64,000 bases of DNA from Octopus sinensis. Its lineage: Eukaryota. Position numbers and translations under genes: made by a program. The first letter of the stretch is position 1; every line of letters starts with the position of its first letter. The notes under the pieces are model-generated. The model was not told the DNA's origin. It saw only the letters and a program-made list of their open reading frames with translations, and made no database searches. This document shows, in pieces, positions 11,283-25,919 of this stretch. Location: positions 25,668,001 to 25,732,000 of the forward strand of contig NC_043007.1 in assembly GCF_006345805.1 (NCBI RefSeq), written 5' to 3'.

Positions 11283-11872
11283 CTATATATATATATATAT
11301 ATATATGCACATACACTCACTTAAACACACACATATATATTATTTATTCAATACCTCAAAGCCTATATCTCATGTCCCATTTTACACCAATCTCGTTTGT
11401 ATATCACCACATGCTGCTGTTTTAAGTTATTTTTATATCCTTCATTTTATATTTCCGGATAGCAGAATCGGTAGAGCGTCACACAAAATGCCTCGTTGGT
11501 GTGTTGAGTGACACCTCTGTACATTCTGAGTTTTTCGAAAAAAAAAAAAAAAAAAAAGAACCTGCTGAATTCAACTTTGCCTTTCATCTCTTTGGAGGGG
11601 CAGGGGCAAGGGTGGTGTTGGGAGGGGGGTTGGTAAAATAGGGTCCAAATGTACTGGCCGTAGGGTGTGGATATCGTCAAGTATCTCCCTTCTTACGTCC
11701 ACTCTACACAAAACTTTGCGGCTCTGTGTCTGTTTTAGAAAATGTTTTCCTTCTGCTTCCATTTTCATCCTAATTGTAAAGGTTAATCTCTTCATATAAC
11801 TGTCTTGTCATTATCACAATCATAATCTTCATCTTCATCACCACCACCATCATCATCATCATTGCCATTTTT

Positions 11873-11907
<35 letters not shown>

Positions 11908-12078
11908 CAGGCGCAGGAGTGGCTGTGTGGTAAGTAGCTTGCTAACCAACCACATGGTTCCGGGTTCAGTCCCACTGCGTGGCATCTTGGGCAAGTGTTT
12001 TCTGCTATAGCCCCGGGCTGACCAAAGCCTTGTGAGTGGATTTGGTAGACAGAAACTGAAAGAAGCCTGTCGTATATG

Positions 12079-12113
<35 letters not shown>

Positions 12114-15100
12114 TTGTGTGTATGTGTTTGTCCCCCTAGCATTGCTTGACAACTGATGCTGGTGTGTTTACGTCCCCGTCACTTAGCAGTTCAGCAAAAG
12201 AGACCGATAGAATAAGTACTGGGCTTACAAAGAATAAGTCCCGGGGTCGATTTGATCAACTAAAGGCGGTGCTCCAGCATGGCCGCAGTCAAATGACTGA
12301 AACAAGTAAAAGAGTAAGAGTAATATATATTTGATATTATTATTATATTAGGGAACAAGGTAATGTGCTGCCAGAATCATTAAGATGCAGGGCAAAATGC
12401 TTACCAGTATTTCGTCTGTCTTTACATTCTGAGTTCAAATTCTGCCATGGGGTTGATGTAATCAACTAAGGCCCCAAACACCACCACTAGAAAAAAATTT
12501 CAGGCCTTGTGCCTTTTGTAGAGAAGATCATTATATCAAGGAAGGTAGCAGGCTGGCAGAATCATTAGTGTACCAGGCTAAATGCTTCGTGGCATTTTGT
12601 CCATCTTGACGTTTCGAGTTCAAATTCCACCGAGGTCATCTTTGCTTTTCATTCCTTTGGGGTCGATAAAATAAGTACCAGTTGAATGTTGGGCTCAATG
12701 TAATCAACTAGTCCTCTCCCCTAAAATGTCAGACCTTGTGCCTATTTTAGAAAGGGTTATTATACAAGTATAAGGCAGTGAGCTGGTAGAGTTGTTTGCG
12801 TGACAGACAAAATGTTTAGTGACATTTCTTTTGGCTCTTCATGTTCTGAGTTCAAATGCTGCCAGGGCTGATTTTGCCTTTCATCCTTTCAGGGTCAATA
12901 AAGTAAAGTACCAGTCGATATAATGGATTTTCTACTCCCTTCAAAACTGCTGGCCTTGTGCCATAATTACAAACTGTAATAAAAATGATCTTTTCTACTA
13001 TAGGCACAAGGCCCAAAATTTTGGGTGAGGGAGCCAGTTGATTAGATTGACCCCAGTACGTAACTGGTACTTAATTTATCGACTCTGGAAGGATGACAAA
13101 GTCAACCTCAGTGGAATTTGAACTCAATGTAAAGGCAGAAGAAATTCCGCTAAGCATTTCGCCCAGTGTGCTAACAATCAATAATAATAATAATAATAAT
13201 AATAATAATCCTTCCACCTGGAAGCACAAGGTCTCAAATTTGGGGGAAGGGTTTAAATCGATTACATCGACCCCAATGCAAAACTGGTTCTTATTCAATC
13301 ATTCAAAAGAATGAAAGGCAAATTTAAGCCCTGCGGAATTTGAATTCAGAATGTAAGGACAGACAAAATACCACTAGGCATTTCACCCGGTGTGCTGACA
13401 ATTCTGCCAGCTTGCTGCCTTTTGATAATAACGGTAATAATAATAATAATAATAATTATTATAATTATTATTATTATTAAGGTGGTGGGGTAACAGAATC
13501 GTTAGCATGCTGAGCGAAATGCTTAGCAGCATTTCGTCTGTCTTCATGTTCTGAGTTCAAATTCCACCAAGGTCGACTTTGCCTTTCATCCTTTTGGAGT
13601 TGATAAATTAAGTACCAGTGAAACACTGGGGGGGGGGGTCGATGTACTTGACTTATCTGCCTTCCCCAAAATATTGCTGCCCTTGAGGCAAAATTTGAAA
13701 CCATTATTATTATTATTATGATACAGTATTGCAGAGGTCAGCTTTGCCTTTCATTCTTCTGGGGGTGTGGTGGGGGCAATAAAATGAAGTACCAGTTATG
13801 TAATGGTGTCAATGTAATCAGATAACCCCCCATATGCCACAAATTTATTGTAATTATTTTTTTTTTTATTAACAGTATTTGGTTTTTGCTTTTATGTTTG
13901 TTTTTTTCTTTTCTTTATCTTTTCTTTTTTTTTTTCGTTTTATCATCCCTTCCTTCAGCATGGAATAACTTCTATCATCATCATCATCATCACCATCATT
14001 GTTATTCTCTCCCTCTTACTGGTAGCATTTATGAACCACCACCACCACCACCCTCATCACCGCACCATTTAACTTACCATTAGTCATTATTGTTATTTTC
14101 TTTGTATATTTTTGTGTCACTGCTGCCTCAACACTGCTACCACCACCACAGCCATCGCCACCACCACCACCACCACAGCCATCGCCACCACCACCACCAC
14201 ATTAACTTTGTACAGGTGGAATAAGATCCTCCACTTCCACTACTCACCGCCACCGCCACTAACACCACCAACACCATATCAGCATTGTTCAGGAGGACTT
14301 ACTCCTTTACCTCCACCACCACCACCATCACTGCTATCACAACCACAACCACTACCACCACCACTGCTGCCACCGCCTTCACCACCACCTACTTTTCGAC
14401 AATAACATACTTGTATTAATAATCTATTAAAGCTTACTGCAAGCTTACACTAACCCCCTATCCACCCCCACCCCCCCTTAGTCCCAAGAGGCCACTGTGC
14501 TCCCTAATCAGACAGCCACCACCACTTACCCCTGCTATCCCTCTACACTGCTCCCTGACCACACACACACACACACACACACTGTCATCACTGCTAACCC
14601 TTGCTCCCTCACCACCTCCACCACCACCACTACCACTGCTGCCACTGCAATTCCAGTCTTTCTACTCTGGACATTCCACCACTGCCAAAGATATTTTAGA
14701 TTAATGTCGAAGCCTGTATAAATATTAACACAGAACTGAAAGACCAAGATGCTAATAATGTTTCATAAGGGGTTAATCTTGATCCTTACTTTTTACTCTC
14801 CCTTAAATCCTTTTTTTTCTTTTTTTGTCAAGAGTTTGTGTATTAATGGTGTTGTTGCTGTTATTTAGCTTTGGCAGGAATTTTAATTTCAAATCCTGTC
14901 AGGGCCTCTCTCTCTCTCTTCTCATCATTCCGAGGTCTGATTAAAAAAGCATATAATTACCATCAACCAATCAAGAATTGAGAGGGTGGGTGTTGGAATT
15001 CAATCATCTAAATTCTTCCTTCCTTCCTTCCTTGCCAAAATTTGTTTCCTTGTGCTTATGTTAGAAAATAACCACTGTTTATTATATCATGAAAAAAACT

Positions 15101-16533
15101 CTCCAGTTTCATTTTGCTGGGTATGATGGAAAGTGTCGGCTGTCCACAACCACTGGACTAAGGTGACACTGGTTCACTGATCATGCTTCAAGAACCTTGC
15201 AGAGAATTCTTGCAGTTCCAAGCGATGATGATTATCTATTATTATTATTAAGGTGGCGAGCTGGCACAATCGTTAGCATGCTGGGCAAAATCCTTAGTGG
15301 CATTTCGTCTGTATTCAGGTTCTGAGTTCAAATTCCGCTGAGGTCGACTTTGCCTTTCATCCTTTCAGGGTCGATAAATTAAGTACCAGTTGCATAGTGG
15401 GGTTGATCAAATCGACTGGCCCCCTCCCCACAAATTTCAGGCCTCTTGTCTGTAGTAGAAAAGATTATTATTATTATTATTATTATTCCCGAAAAATTTG
15501 CACCATGTCTGGCCTTTCAGTTCCCCCTCACTTTTCAAATATGTGTTATTGCCAACCACCACCACTGCAACCATCATTGTCAGCCTCGTTAGCACTGCTG
15601 CTGTTGTTGTTGTTGTTGTGTGTCTTTAGCGACGATATTACACTAGCTGCACAGCTGAATAACAGTTCTCTTAAACGTTTGAAGAGAAAAAAACGATTAT
15701 CACTTCTAAACCCGTCATTGTATGTTGCCAGAATTGTTGCCACTGCTGGGGCAGCTGACTGTATGGCCCTTCTCCCCTCTATCCTCGCCCATCCTCACAC
15801 ACACACACACTTGGTCAACACTGTATACTGTCACTGCTGGGGTTGTAGGCTGAATAAACAATCACATTTTTTTTTGCATTTTTCTTCCTTTTTTCTTCTT
15901 TTTATTTTTCCCCTAATTTTTATTTTTATATAATGGTGTACTTAACTTTTCCTTACAGTATTGTCATCACTGTGTGTGCATATGTAAAGGTTTGATTCCC
16001 TCGTGTACTAATACCCATCTTAATTTACGCCTTTAGGGGTTTATGTACCCTGACAGTAGACTATTTTCTATAATCAATATACAGTAAAAGCTTATAATTC
16101 TTGTTACATACACACACATCTATGTGTGTATATACATATATACATACACACACATATATATTTGTTTAGATAAGCATTTGTGTGTTGTGGATATATATAT
16201 GTTTGTGTATGTATGTATGTATATATATGTATATATATTTATAGTTTTATCATTGACACACCCCATTTCATATCAATGAAGATAGTTTTTTTGTTGTAAA
16301 ATTTTCCAACCAAGATAACATGGTAGTGTGGCAGAAATAATAAGAAACACCGTGACTAATTAAAATACCTTTGCACTATTTTTTAATCATTATTTTTTTA
16401 ACACTTACCTCTCCCATGAACTGAATTCCAACCAAGGTCTTTACTTTGCCTTTCATTCTCTCAAGAGGCAATGACGGTGGTGTTGAAGATGGTTGGTAAA
16501 ATTATCATCACATCTATCCCATGGAATGGTGAC

Positions 16534-16992
16534 GATTTCATCAGGTGTACATCATGCAAAGGTGCTGATTCCATCATCTATGATTCCATCCAGCTAAGCA
16601 CCTTGCATTGACATTAATTCCACCAGCTCTGCATTTTGTATTGCTTTGAATTCTATCGGCCATTCACCATGTATTGGTACTGATTCCGTCAGCCGTGCAC
16701 CATCTGCAGGTGTCGATTCCATTAGCTGTGCACCATCTGCAGGTGTTTATTCCATCAGCTGCACACCATCTGCAGGTGTTAATTCCATCAACTGCACACC
16801 ATCTGCAGGTGTTGATTCCATCAGCTGTGCACCATCTGCAGGTGTTTATTCCATCAGCTGCACACCATCTGCAGGTGTTAATTCCATCAACTGCACACCA
16901 TCTGCAGGTGTTGATTCCATCAGCTGTGCATCATCTGCAGGTGTTAATTCTATCAGCTGCACACCACCTGCAGGTGTTGATTCCATTAGCTC
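16534..16992. repeat. 33-bp minisatellite: 9 homogeneous units (16682-16978) with a 99-bp higher-order period, plus diverged upstream units
   Basis: Consensus NATTCCATCAGCTGYRCACCATCTGCAGGTGTT; the first base cycles g/t/a. Confidence 0.95.
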
Positions 16993-17831
16993 TTGCAACC
17001 ACCAACCCTCTCACTGTATCTCTACAAATTTTTATCACCTTGCATTGGAGTAAGGGATCTTCATGTTACCATATCCCATCGCACTGGTGAAGATGGGAAA
17101 ATGTCCAGCACCTACCAATATACCTCAAAGAATTCCTTCACATCTCTAGGGTATTTTTGATTTTCTTTTTGTTGTTTTATTTGTGTGTCTATTTTTTTAG
17201 TCTCGAATCCCAGCTGCTGTTAAATACACTTTTCGTCTTCTGGGTGGAAGGGGAGTAAGTAAGTTGGAAAAGAAGGAAGGGGATGAGTAGATCAACAGCA
17301 TACATACCAGTAATATACTGGGATAGAGGGTTTAATCTAGTCAACTGTATCACCTTACCCCTCCTCTTTCTCACTCCCTCGCTTTCTTGCTCTCCTTCTC
17401 TCTGCCTATCGTTTCTTCTCTTCCTTCCTCCCCCCTCTCTCTCTCTCTCTTTTTCTCATTCCTTTTTCCGCTGTCCCCTTATTTTGTTGGTGTTCAATTG
17501 ACTTAGAAGCTCACCGACATTGTATATCACCCAATTTTTCAGCTGTTGAGTTAACACACCTCTAGTGTTAGTTGGCAAACAAGCACTTTAGTGTGTGTAT
17601 GTGTATACACACACACACACACACACACTCATGCATATGTTTATACTCACAGACGTACATACACACACATATATACATGTACATATATAGTTGTAAGAAC
17701 CTCTCAGGAGAGCTGAATGCAATTGGAGCTTGATGCAGCCCTGTGACATGGCAGACCATGTCAAACTATCGAACCCATGCCAACATGGAAAATAGATGTT
17801 ATGACTTTGATGATGATGATATATATATATA

Positions 17832-18211
17832 TACTAGCAGTATCGCCTGGCGTTGCTCAGGTTTGTTTTGACCCTTTAGAATTGAAATTTTTGAAAAGTA
17901 AAAATTTTGCATTATGTAGCTTGTTATTCTCTTTAGGTGAACATTTTTCTGGTTGAAATACACCGAAAAATGGCGACACAGCAGTAAAAAAAATCGTAAA
18001 AAATAGGGATTTTCATAGAAAAAAAAAGCGCCATTTTGATGTAAACAATTTTTGGTGTTAACATGGTCTGATTTGAATTTTATCTTCTACTGAATGAAGA
18101 GCAAGCCTTCTTCTATCATACTCTCAATTTTGGTCAACTTGCGCTGCAGGGTCTCGGAGGAGATAGTGTTAGTTGAAGGCTACCAAACCTGCTATACACA
18201 GTCAACTTCAG

Positions 18212-18220
<9 letters not shown>
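17832..18220 (+). mobile_element. Helitron-like non-autonomous element
   Basis: Starts tactagcagtatcgcctggcgttgctcagg and ends aacttcagctttatatata. These ends resemble Lep1/HINE-type elements as recalled. Confidence 0.5.
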
Positions 18221-18248
<28 letters not shown>

Positions 18249-18679
18249 CTGTTTCTTATTTGTAACATAGAAATGGTATTCTATGAATTGTGTCAAGGGT
18301 TTGAAAGAGCTGAAACTGTAATATTTGCAATCTACAGTCCAATATTTCTTCACTTTACTGTCAAGGTTCAAGAGTATATCCTCTGGAATTACAACCCTCT
18401 GACCCTTTTATTTCACAATAGGTAAATGTATTTCAGCGACAAACTGAATTTTTAAAAATGTCAAAAGCAGCACTAATTTCTGAAAGGATCGTCAAGTTAC
18501 CAACGTAGAATTAAGCTTAAAACCTATGGCACATTTGCTCTGCAGTTGTAAACTGTTTGGGTCCTCTCAGCATCACAAGGCCTAAGTAGATTCAGTTTTT
18601 TAAGGGTTTCAAAGAATTATGGAACCACATTGTTTGATAGCCATATTATTGTGTTATCAAAATCTTAGGTGTGTATGTT

Positions 18680-19170
18680 AAGTTAAGTTAATTTTTTGGC
18701 TCAAAAAGCAAAAGCAAGGCCATGTAGGGGGACATGGAGTTATGTACAGGGAGGGTGTCCATGCAAAGAGTTCAGGCCATTTCTGGTCAAGAGAAACTTT
18801 GAACCGAGTGGTTGTTAGCATCTTAACTATCTCGTCCGGCAGCTTATTCCACGGATCTGCAACCCGGACGAGAAAGCCCCTCTCCTTTGATTGAGATGAA
18901 ATCGTCGCAGATAGAGCTTTTTGGAGTGACCTCGCAGCTGACGCTCTGGAGCAGGAGTGAAGAACAGCTCTTTTGAGAGGTTACACTTTCTGCTTATGAT
19001 GTTGTGAGCGAGAATGAGATCACCACGGCGGCAGCATTTTTCTAGAGAATAAAGGTCGAGCGTCTTCAGCCTTTTTTCTTCATAAGACAAATGCTTGAGA
19101 CCAAGAACCATGCGGGTAGCCAGCTTCTGGACTCTTTCAAGATGATGTATATCTTTGAGGAGATTGTGTT
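18680..19170 (-). mobile_element. CR1-type LINE 3' fragment (post-RT C-terminus) with (TTAAC)n tail
   Basis: LERVQKLATRMVLGLKHLSYEEKRLKTLDLYSLEK..RGDLI..LRGHSKKL. Confidence 0.88.
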
Positions 19171-20733
19171 TGTGTGAATTACCCAACAAACTATTGATTC
19201 TCTTATTTCGAGAAGTTGTCTGATGAGCGTGGGAGTTGCATAATGTATTGTGTAATCTAAATAATTGTATTAGGATTACATCAAAATAAAATCTCCTAAT
19301 GAAACAATTGTAGCAACACTCGGAAACCATTCATCTATTTTTATTATATATATTTATATATCAAAGCAGCAGAGATCTCTCTGATCCAGGCTTGCCACTC
19401 TGTAGCACTTCATGTAAAGGTTTGGCTAATGGTGTGTGCTCAAAAGGAGTATCAATCAACAGTACTATTCATTAATCAAAAAATTACTGAATCATTAATC
19501 AATTAGTAATAATTAATCACTCAGCAAATTCAAGGATTGTATAACAACTAATTGTAGTACATCTACCACTGAGCAAATAATTCCTTATTCACTTATTGTG
19601 TGTTTGTGTGCGTATTTGATTCATTCTACTTCATCATCATCATCATTTAATGTCCGCTTTCCATGGGTTGGACGATTTGACTGAGGTCTGGATGCCCTTC
19701 CTAATTCTGCCAGATCAGATTGGAGTCTGGTTCATATATAAGTCCTTATAAATTATATTTTAGTGTTTTGTCTTTGTAATAGAATAGCGTAATAATCATT
19801 CTTTGCCTTGCCAAACGACACATCTTAGTGACAGTAAAGAAATAGCAAGCTTAAAATTAAACTAAAATGTCAACAGCTTCTTTACATAATCCCCTCCTAT
19901 TTTTTAAAATTTATCTTTTTGCTCTCTTTATTGTCACCAGGATTTGAAATAGTGGCCCATGTAAAGGCCTCACTATTATAGCTAAAAATAACAGTAAACT
20001 CTTCCCTCAAATCTTAAAAGGAAAGGATGCATTGGATTGTTATTTATAGGGGCTTCTTATCTTCTTACCTACTGGTTTGCTTGCTTGCCAGCATCCTAGA
20101 GCCCTTATTTTCTCTCTGCCCTCCCATCCACTCTCTCTGTTACCTCTCCTCCTTAGATCAGCGATTAAAATATTATGACTGCTTATTAGCTCTTTGCTCA
20201 TGGAGACCATATCCATCATCAACTGAAGGATTAAACAGCTTACCAAGTTTACCTGAAGGAGTTAACTATGCTAAATTAATTTCTTGTATCTAGATGAGAT
20301 CTCTCACCTCCTCAACACAGCCAGAGGCCATAATTTTCTTCAACCTAGTCATCTGTCCATATATTTAAATTTCTTCAAAAATAGCAATATCCTGACTAGT
20401 GCTTGGGGAAACCTGCCTTGTGTGCATGTGAATGTGTGTGACATGACTCACTCTATTCAAACATATATAAATGTATATATATGTCAATTGTATGTTAATC
20501 ATTCATGTGTTATTTATTTATGATTCATCAAACAAACGTTATAAAATATTTAAATAATGTCCAACGTCTCCTGATCAGAATCCCACACACATCTCATACC
20601 ATTTTTGGGATTGTTACATGACATTCTGATTGCGTGTATGATATCCCACATTTTGGATATTAATTTTTTTCCCAACCTTGTTGTAATAATTGGCCAGTGG
20701 AGCATACAAAGCTTTTTAAACAAACTTCTTTAA

Positions 20734-21117
20734 CCCTTTCGTTACTGTATTTCTGTTGAGTTGCTCTCTGTTTCTTTCAATTACTTTAAATATAACAAAG
20801 AATTTAGTAAAACAACTTAGTTATCATTAAGCTAGTATTAGGAACATAAATTGTGATTAAGGTTTGATGGAAGATTTTAATTCAAAACTTATGATAACAA
20901 GACATTTGTACTCAGAGCCAGAGCCAGTTTCAGCAATTTGAGATACTCTGTGTTTCTTTCAATTACTCTAAATATAACAAAGAATTTAGCAAAATAACTT
21001 GGTTATCATTAAGCTAGTGTTAGGAACATAAATTATGATATTAATTCAAAACTTGTGAAAACAAGACATTTGTACTCAGAGCCAGAGGCAGTTTCTGCCG
21101 GGTTGGTAACGAAAGGG
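20734..21117. mobile_element. piggyBac-type MITE with an internal tandem duplication
   Basis: Perfect 12-bp TIR CCCTTTCGTTAC/GTAACGAAAGGG flanked by TTAA on both sides (20730-20733, 21118-21121). Confidence 0.85.
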
Positions 21118-21199
21118 TTAAGAAAATTATCTAAAAGTAGTCAGACAGATAAGGAGCAGTTCCTTGTAGGGGCAGCACAGACATGAGACAGACCATATA

Positions 21200-21960
21200 T
21201 ATTTATCTAGTGATCTGGGAATTGTTCATTAAGGAGGGCACTTACATTCAGCCCCTAGTGGTACGGAGTATTGCTGTGTCAGAGAAACCTTGATTTTTGT
21301 GGGGTTTGTTCCTTTTGTTTTGCATAGCAACTTCAGGAAATGTAAGAATATAAATGTTTTTAATATAGGATTTGGGGGTTTTTTTTGTACTTGCTGGGTC
21401 TGAAGGAAGGGCAATGCCCATGATCTTTGCATGCCCTCTGAGACCGGTGAGCTCCAATATGATGCTATTAGAGTTTCCAGAAGGCCAATGTTCTGCAGAA
21501 GGTGGACTAAGCCCCTGGCAGGGGCGGTTGGAAACAAGAGTGATGAGAGGGGCGGGGAGAGAAAAATGTATTGGTAGTGTTTTCGTGGGCAAAGCACAAG
21601 ACCAGCGAGATCTGAGTAAAAGAAGCTTTTGTAGAAGAGGCATACTAAACACTTTAGTTTATTAGGTGAACTGGGTGGAACGATGGGAATTAGTTAAGAA
21701 TGGTTACCGCTGCCTCCTCACCTACTTTAGGTTGGTAGGGAGGTGTCTTCATTTGAATAACAAGATTTTGTTGAATCTGTTATCAGTTTGTATTTAATTG
21801 AGCAACGATCATGACACATGGGAAACTCAGACTGAGTGACAATCTCCATGCATTTCCTGCATTTTCCATTCATTGGCTGGAAGCAGCAGACAGGTTTTGG
21901 GCCAATAAGGTTGCTTCTAATGGGTTGGTTATTCAAATTGCTAGAAACAACAGCCAATTC
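21200..21960 (-). mobile_element. Possible highly decayed LINE ORF1 zinc-finger/ORF2 start region
   Basis: Cys-rich minus ORF (CRKC..CHDRC..KSCYSNED) followed by TFIFLHF..NKRNK..FSDTA. Only weak recalled similarity to CR1-clade ORF1/APE. Confidence 0.25.
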
Positions 21961-23609
21961 ATCTTCAGATTACAGCCCACTGCTTCAAAAAGGAAAATGA
22001 GTTTGGAAAAGTGAAGGTTTATGGCATAATGGTTAGAGTGTTGCACTTACAATCTTCAGGTCATGGTTCCAATTCCCAGAGTTTGCAATGTGTTGTGTTC
22101 TTGAGCGAAACACTTCATTTCATGTTTTTCCAGTCTGCTCAGCTGCAAATGAATTCCAGCATTATCTGGGAAGTTAAACCTGCAGCCGACTAGGGTTCCA
22201 TGCTGGGGAGAGTCACTTATGTGCTATGCAAAACTGGGTTTCACTCTTGCCTTGTGAGTCTTAAGATTCACGAAAGAAAGAATGGAGATTCTGACAAAAA
22301 AAAAATACATACACGGTCATGACTGAAACAGTTGAACATAGGTCTACATGTTTGGGGGCCGATGAAGTAGGGAAACTATAACAACAACAACAACAGACAT
22401 ACGGACTGACAGATGGGTAGACAACAAGCTTCTTTTTGCTTCTGTTTGAAACTTGCTAGATAAAACAAATGTCACTGTGTCATGTGCTCGACGCTAGCAT
22501 TTGAGGTCACATATCTTAAATGATGTTGTTGATGATGATGATGGGATGAAGATCATGGCAGTAATGATGATGATGATGATGTTTGATGATTTAAAAGTTC
22601 GAACAACTTAATAATATTTCTATTTATTGGATGATAATTTCAGATTTAGATTCCTCAACAGCATCTGTTATAGAGACCATAGCCCCTTATACTAATTGAT
22701 ATGTAGCCATATATACACATGCATACATATATATATATATATATATATACATATGTGTATATATATATATACATATATATTATGTCTGGTGTTGATTTAT
22801 TATTTTAAAATCAGAAAAATCTGTATTTCTTCCATTTTTGTTGCCCTGATATACCAAACTAATTGAGGGTACTCTTAAACCATGCACACCCCACCAACAA
22901 CATCACCAGCACCACCACTACCAGCACCAGCACCACCATTGAATTCTTCAGCATGTAATATAGGGCTCTATAAGCAACCCAACACCACCACCACTAGCAC
23001 CACCAACCACAGCACCAGCATTACCACTTAATTCTTCAGGTAATTAAGAGCTTTGTGACCCCCACCGCACCCCCAATTTTTCCTCATGTAGCATAGTAAA
23101 CACAGCAGTGTATGCTTATAATATAGAAATGAAAACCTTAATTAAAATTCCAGTGATTAAATAATAAACGCTAAGTACTGATGCTCGTGTGTTTACATCC
23201 CCGTAACTTAGCGGTTCGGCAAAAGAAAAAAGACCAATAGAATAAGTACTAAGCTTACAAAGAATAAGTCCTGGGGTCAATTTGTTCGACTATAGGCAGT
23301 GCTCCAACATGGCCACAGTCAAATGACCGAAACAAGTAAAAGAGTAAAGAGTAAGAGTATATATATACATATATATATACATCTAATATAGGATAAAATT
23401 TTTCGAAAAAATTTTATCAATGGCCAGCATATTAAAAAATACCTTTAAAGGTTAAATTTATAAACAACTTATAAACCAGGTCGAAAGAAAAAAATTTCTA
23501 ATGCCAAATATGCCGAAACTATATTTGGGGTACTTAGATGTGCTCATGACTTAGTGTTTGCTTCTTTCATGGGTATAAGTAAGTATGTCATTTATTTCTT
23601 TGCTGCATT

Positions 23610-23663
23610 TATCACTGACGAAGAGAAGGTTCTTATGAATCAACTCTGAAATCGGGTCCGATA
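23610..23663 (+). ncRNA. Degenerate type I hammerhead-like motif (CTGACGA core)
   Basis: Stem II AGAG/CTCT with an inner hairpin, GAAA at 23648-23651, GUC at 23656-23658, stem I 4 of 5 bp. Confidence 0.55.
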
Positions 23664-24750
23664 TGATAATAATGGAATTCTTAAGAAATTTCTGTCAGCT
23701 TTCTTCGAGACGTGTGCTTATATTGATGAATTATATGGTTATGGACGTTGTGTCTAGTTTCGGCATATTTGGCATTAAATTTTTTTTTCTTTTGCCCTTG
23801 TTTATAAGTTGTGTATATATATATATATGTACACATACACAAGCACATGTATGTGTATACATATGTGCACACACACATGCACGCACGCATGCACACATAT
23901 ATATATATAAAATAATCAGACGATGAATGAAGAATTAGATGCTTATATTACTTTATTTGCTTACAAATGTTCCAAAGGGCTGGGCGTACCATATCCAAAT
24001 CATACAATGGCTTGATGCTTAATGAATGAATGAATTAGTTAGTGGAACAGTTATCCTCTAATCATTTTCACCAGAGTATAGCAGCTATCCAGACCAAAAT
24101 ACAAAAGAACTGTGTAGAGCAGGACAAAACACTATCCGGACATGAGGGGGTGGCCATCGTGAAGAGGTTTGAGGATACAGGTCCAAACCTCAACGCCAGA
24201 ACAGGCGTGTTGGTTTTTGCATAGATGAAAGCAATATTGCTGATGCTTAGTGGTGGCTTTTGTTGTTGTTGTTGTTGTTAGTGGTGACATTGTTATTGTG
24301 TTGCCCCCTAGGTCAGACCTGAGAGAGAAGATGCATTTGTAACATGGTTAAGAAAGTATGATGGAATCTGAGAGAGAAGAGGGCTTTAATCAACTTGTAA
24401 GCTTGTTTAGATTGTTCAATAGTTATTTTCAAGTGGTGGTCATTATTGCATATATGTGTGTATGTATATATATATATGTGTGTGTGTATATGAGGTGGGT
24501 GTGATCCAACAAAATTACTACTCTTATAAAACTAAATTTTGAAAAAAAAAACGTTTTTCTCTCTCAAACTTTATACGCAAAGTTCAATCTAATGAAATCA
24601 ATGACACGCAAATTAATTAGCTGATTAACTAAACAACAAGTTGTTTGTTTTCTTTTTCTTTATTTTCATTTTTGGTAAGGGTTTTCTTTTTTTTTCTAAT
24701 AGTATTTCTTTGTAGTAGTTGTTGGTATTTGGCCATGTGTGTGTGTGTGA

Positions 24751-24792
<42 letters not shown>

Positions 24793-25919
24793 TATTTGAT
24801 ATATATATATTATATATATATATATATATGCATATTAAAAAAAAGTATATGAAAAGAAAATGTATATATAAATTTTATGTGTATATGTATGTATATAATA
24901 TATATATCTATATACGCATACATGTACATGCGCACACACACACTACACATTTACGCATGTGTATACAGTGATGATCCCCCTTCTTTCAAAGAAAAGCATA
25001 AAAATTTAACAAAAAAGCACATTAGGGAATTATATATATATATAAAATTACCACAGACTTTAAATTTGTAATTGAACAGTTTTTCATTGAGAGACCGACC
25101 AATTCTTGTGCTCAAAAAAAAGTATTAAACATATATATATACACACAAAATATATAAAAAATATTATATATATATATATTATATATATATATATATATAT
25201 ACATACATATATGCATACACACATATAAATATATATATATATGATATATAAGCCATACATATACAAAATATATTTGTAATTTATTTTCCATCACCAACTA
25301 CCCAAACCTTCATACCTCCTGGGAGAGGGAGGTGACACACTCACTGTTATTATTACTATTATTATTATTATTATTTTAAAAATTAAATAATATCACCTAC
25401 ATACTTGTATTCTGGGTAGATGAACGCACTTTATGTAAATACACTCGAAAAGAAGAAGAAAAAAAAAATACATGGAAAAAAAAAATTCTGAAACAAACCA
25501 AAAAACAAGTTGTATTCTAATTTTATACTGTATTCTGTCAAGTGGACAATCATATCACTTTCTAGTGAAATTTTTATTGGGGTGTTTTGCCATTAGCAAT
25601 TTACATCTTGATCAATTTTTAAAAAATTTTATTTTAAAGTATGGCTGTAGTAAGCACTTTTGCACACAATGTATATACAGACAGATACACACAAGCATAT
25701 ATATGTATATATACACATATGCAGACACACACACACACATCCGTGTTTATATAATTGTGTTAATATGATTTTTACCAGTTGCATTCCCATTGGACACAAC
25801 ATGGCTTCTAAATTTCCTCTGTATGTATGTATGTATGTATATGTTTGCTTGCTTACATGAACTTGTTGTGTATATTATATAAGTTACTGTATATACACAC
25901 CTAAAATTTTATGTTAATA

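Noticed and set aside
11597-11629. G-quadruplex-capable G-run cluster (also 37600-37660 on the minus strand)
   Set aside because: Real sequence pattern, but common in such genomes, with no evidence of function.
16682-16992. CRISPR-like array
   Set aside because: Head-to-tail repeats without unique spacers, eukaryotic context, and no cas genes.
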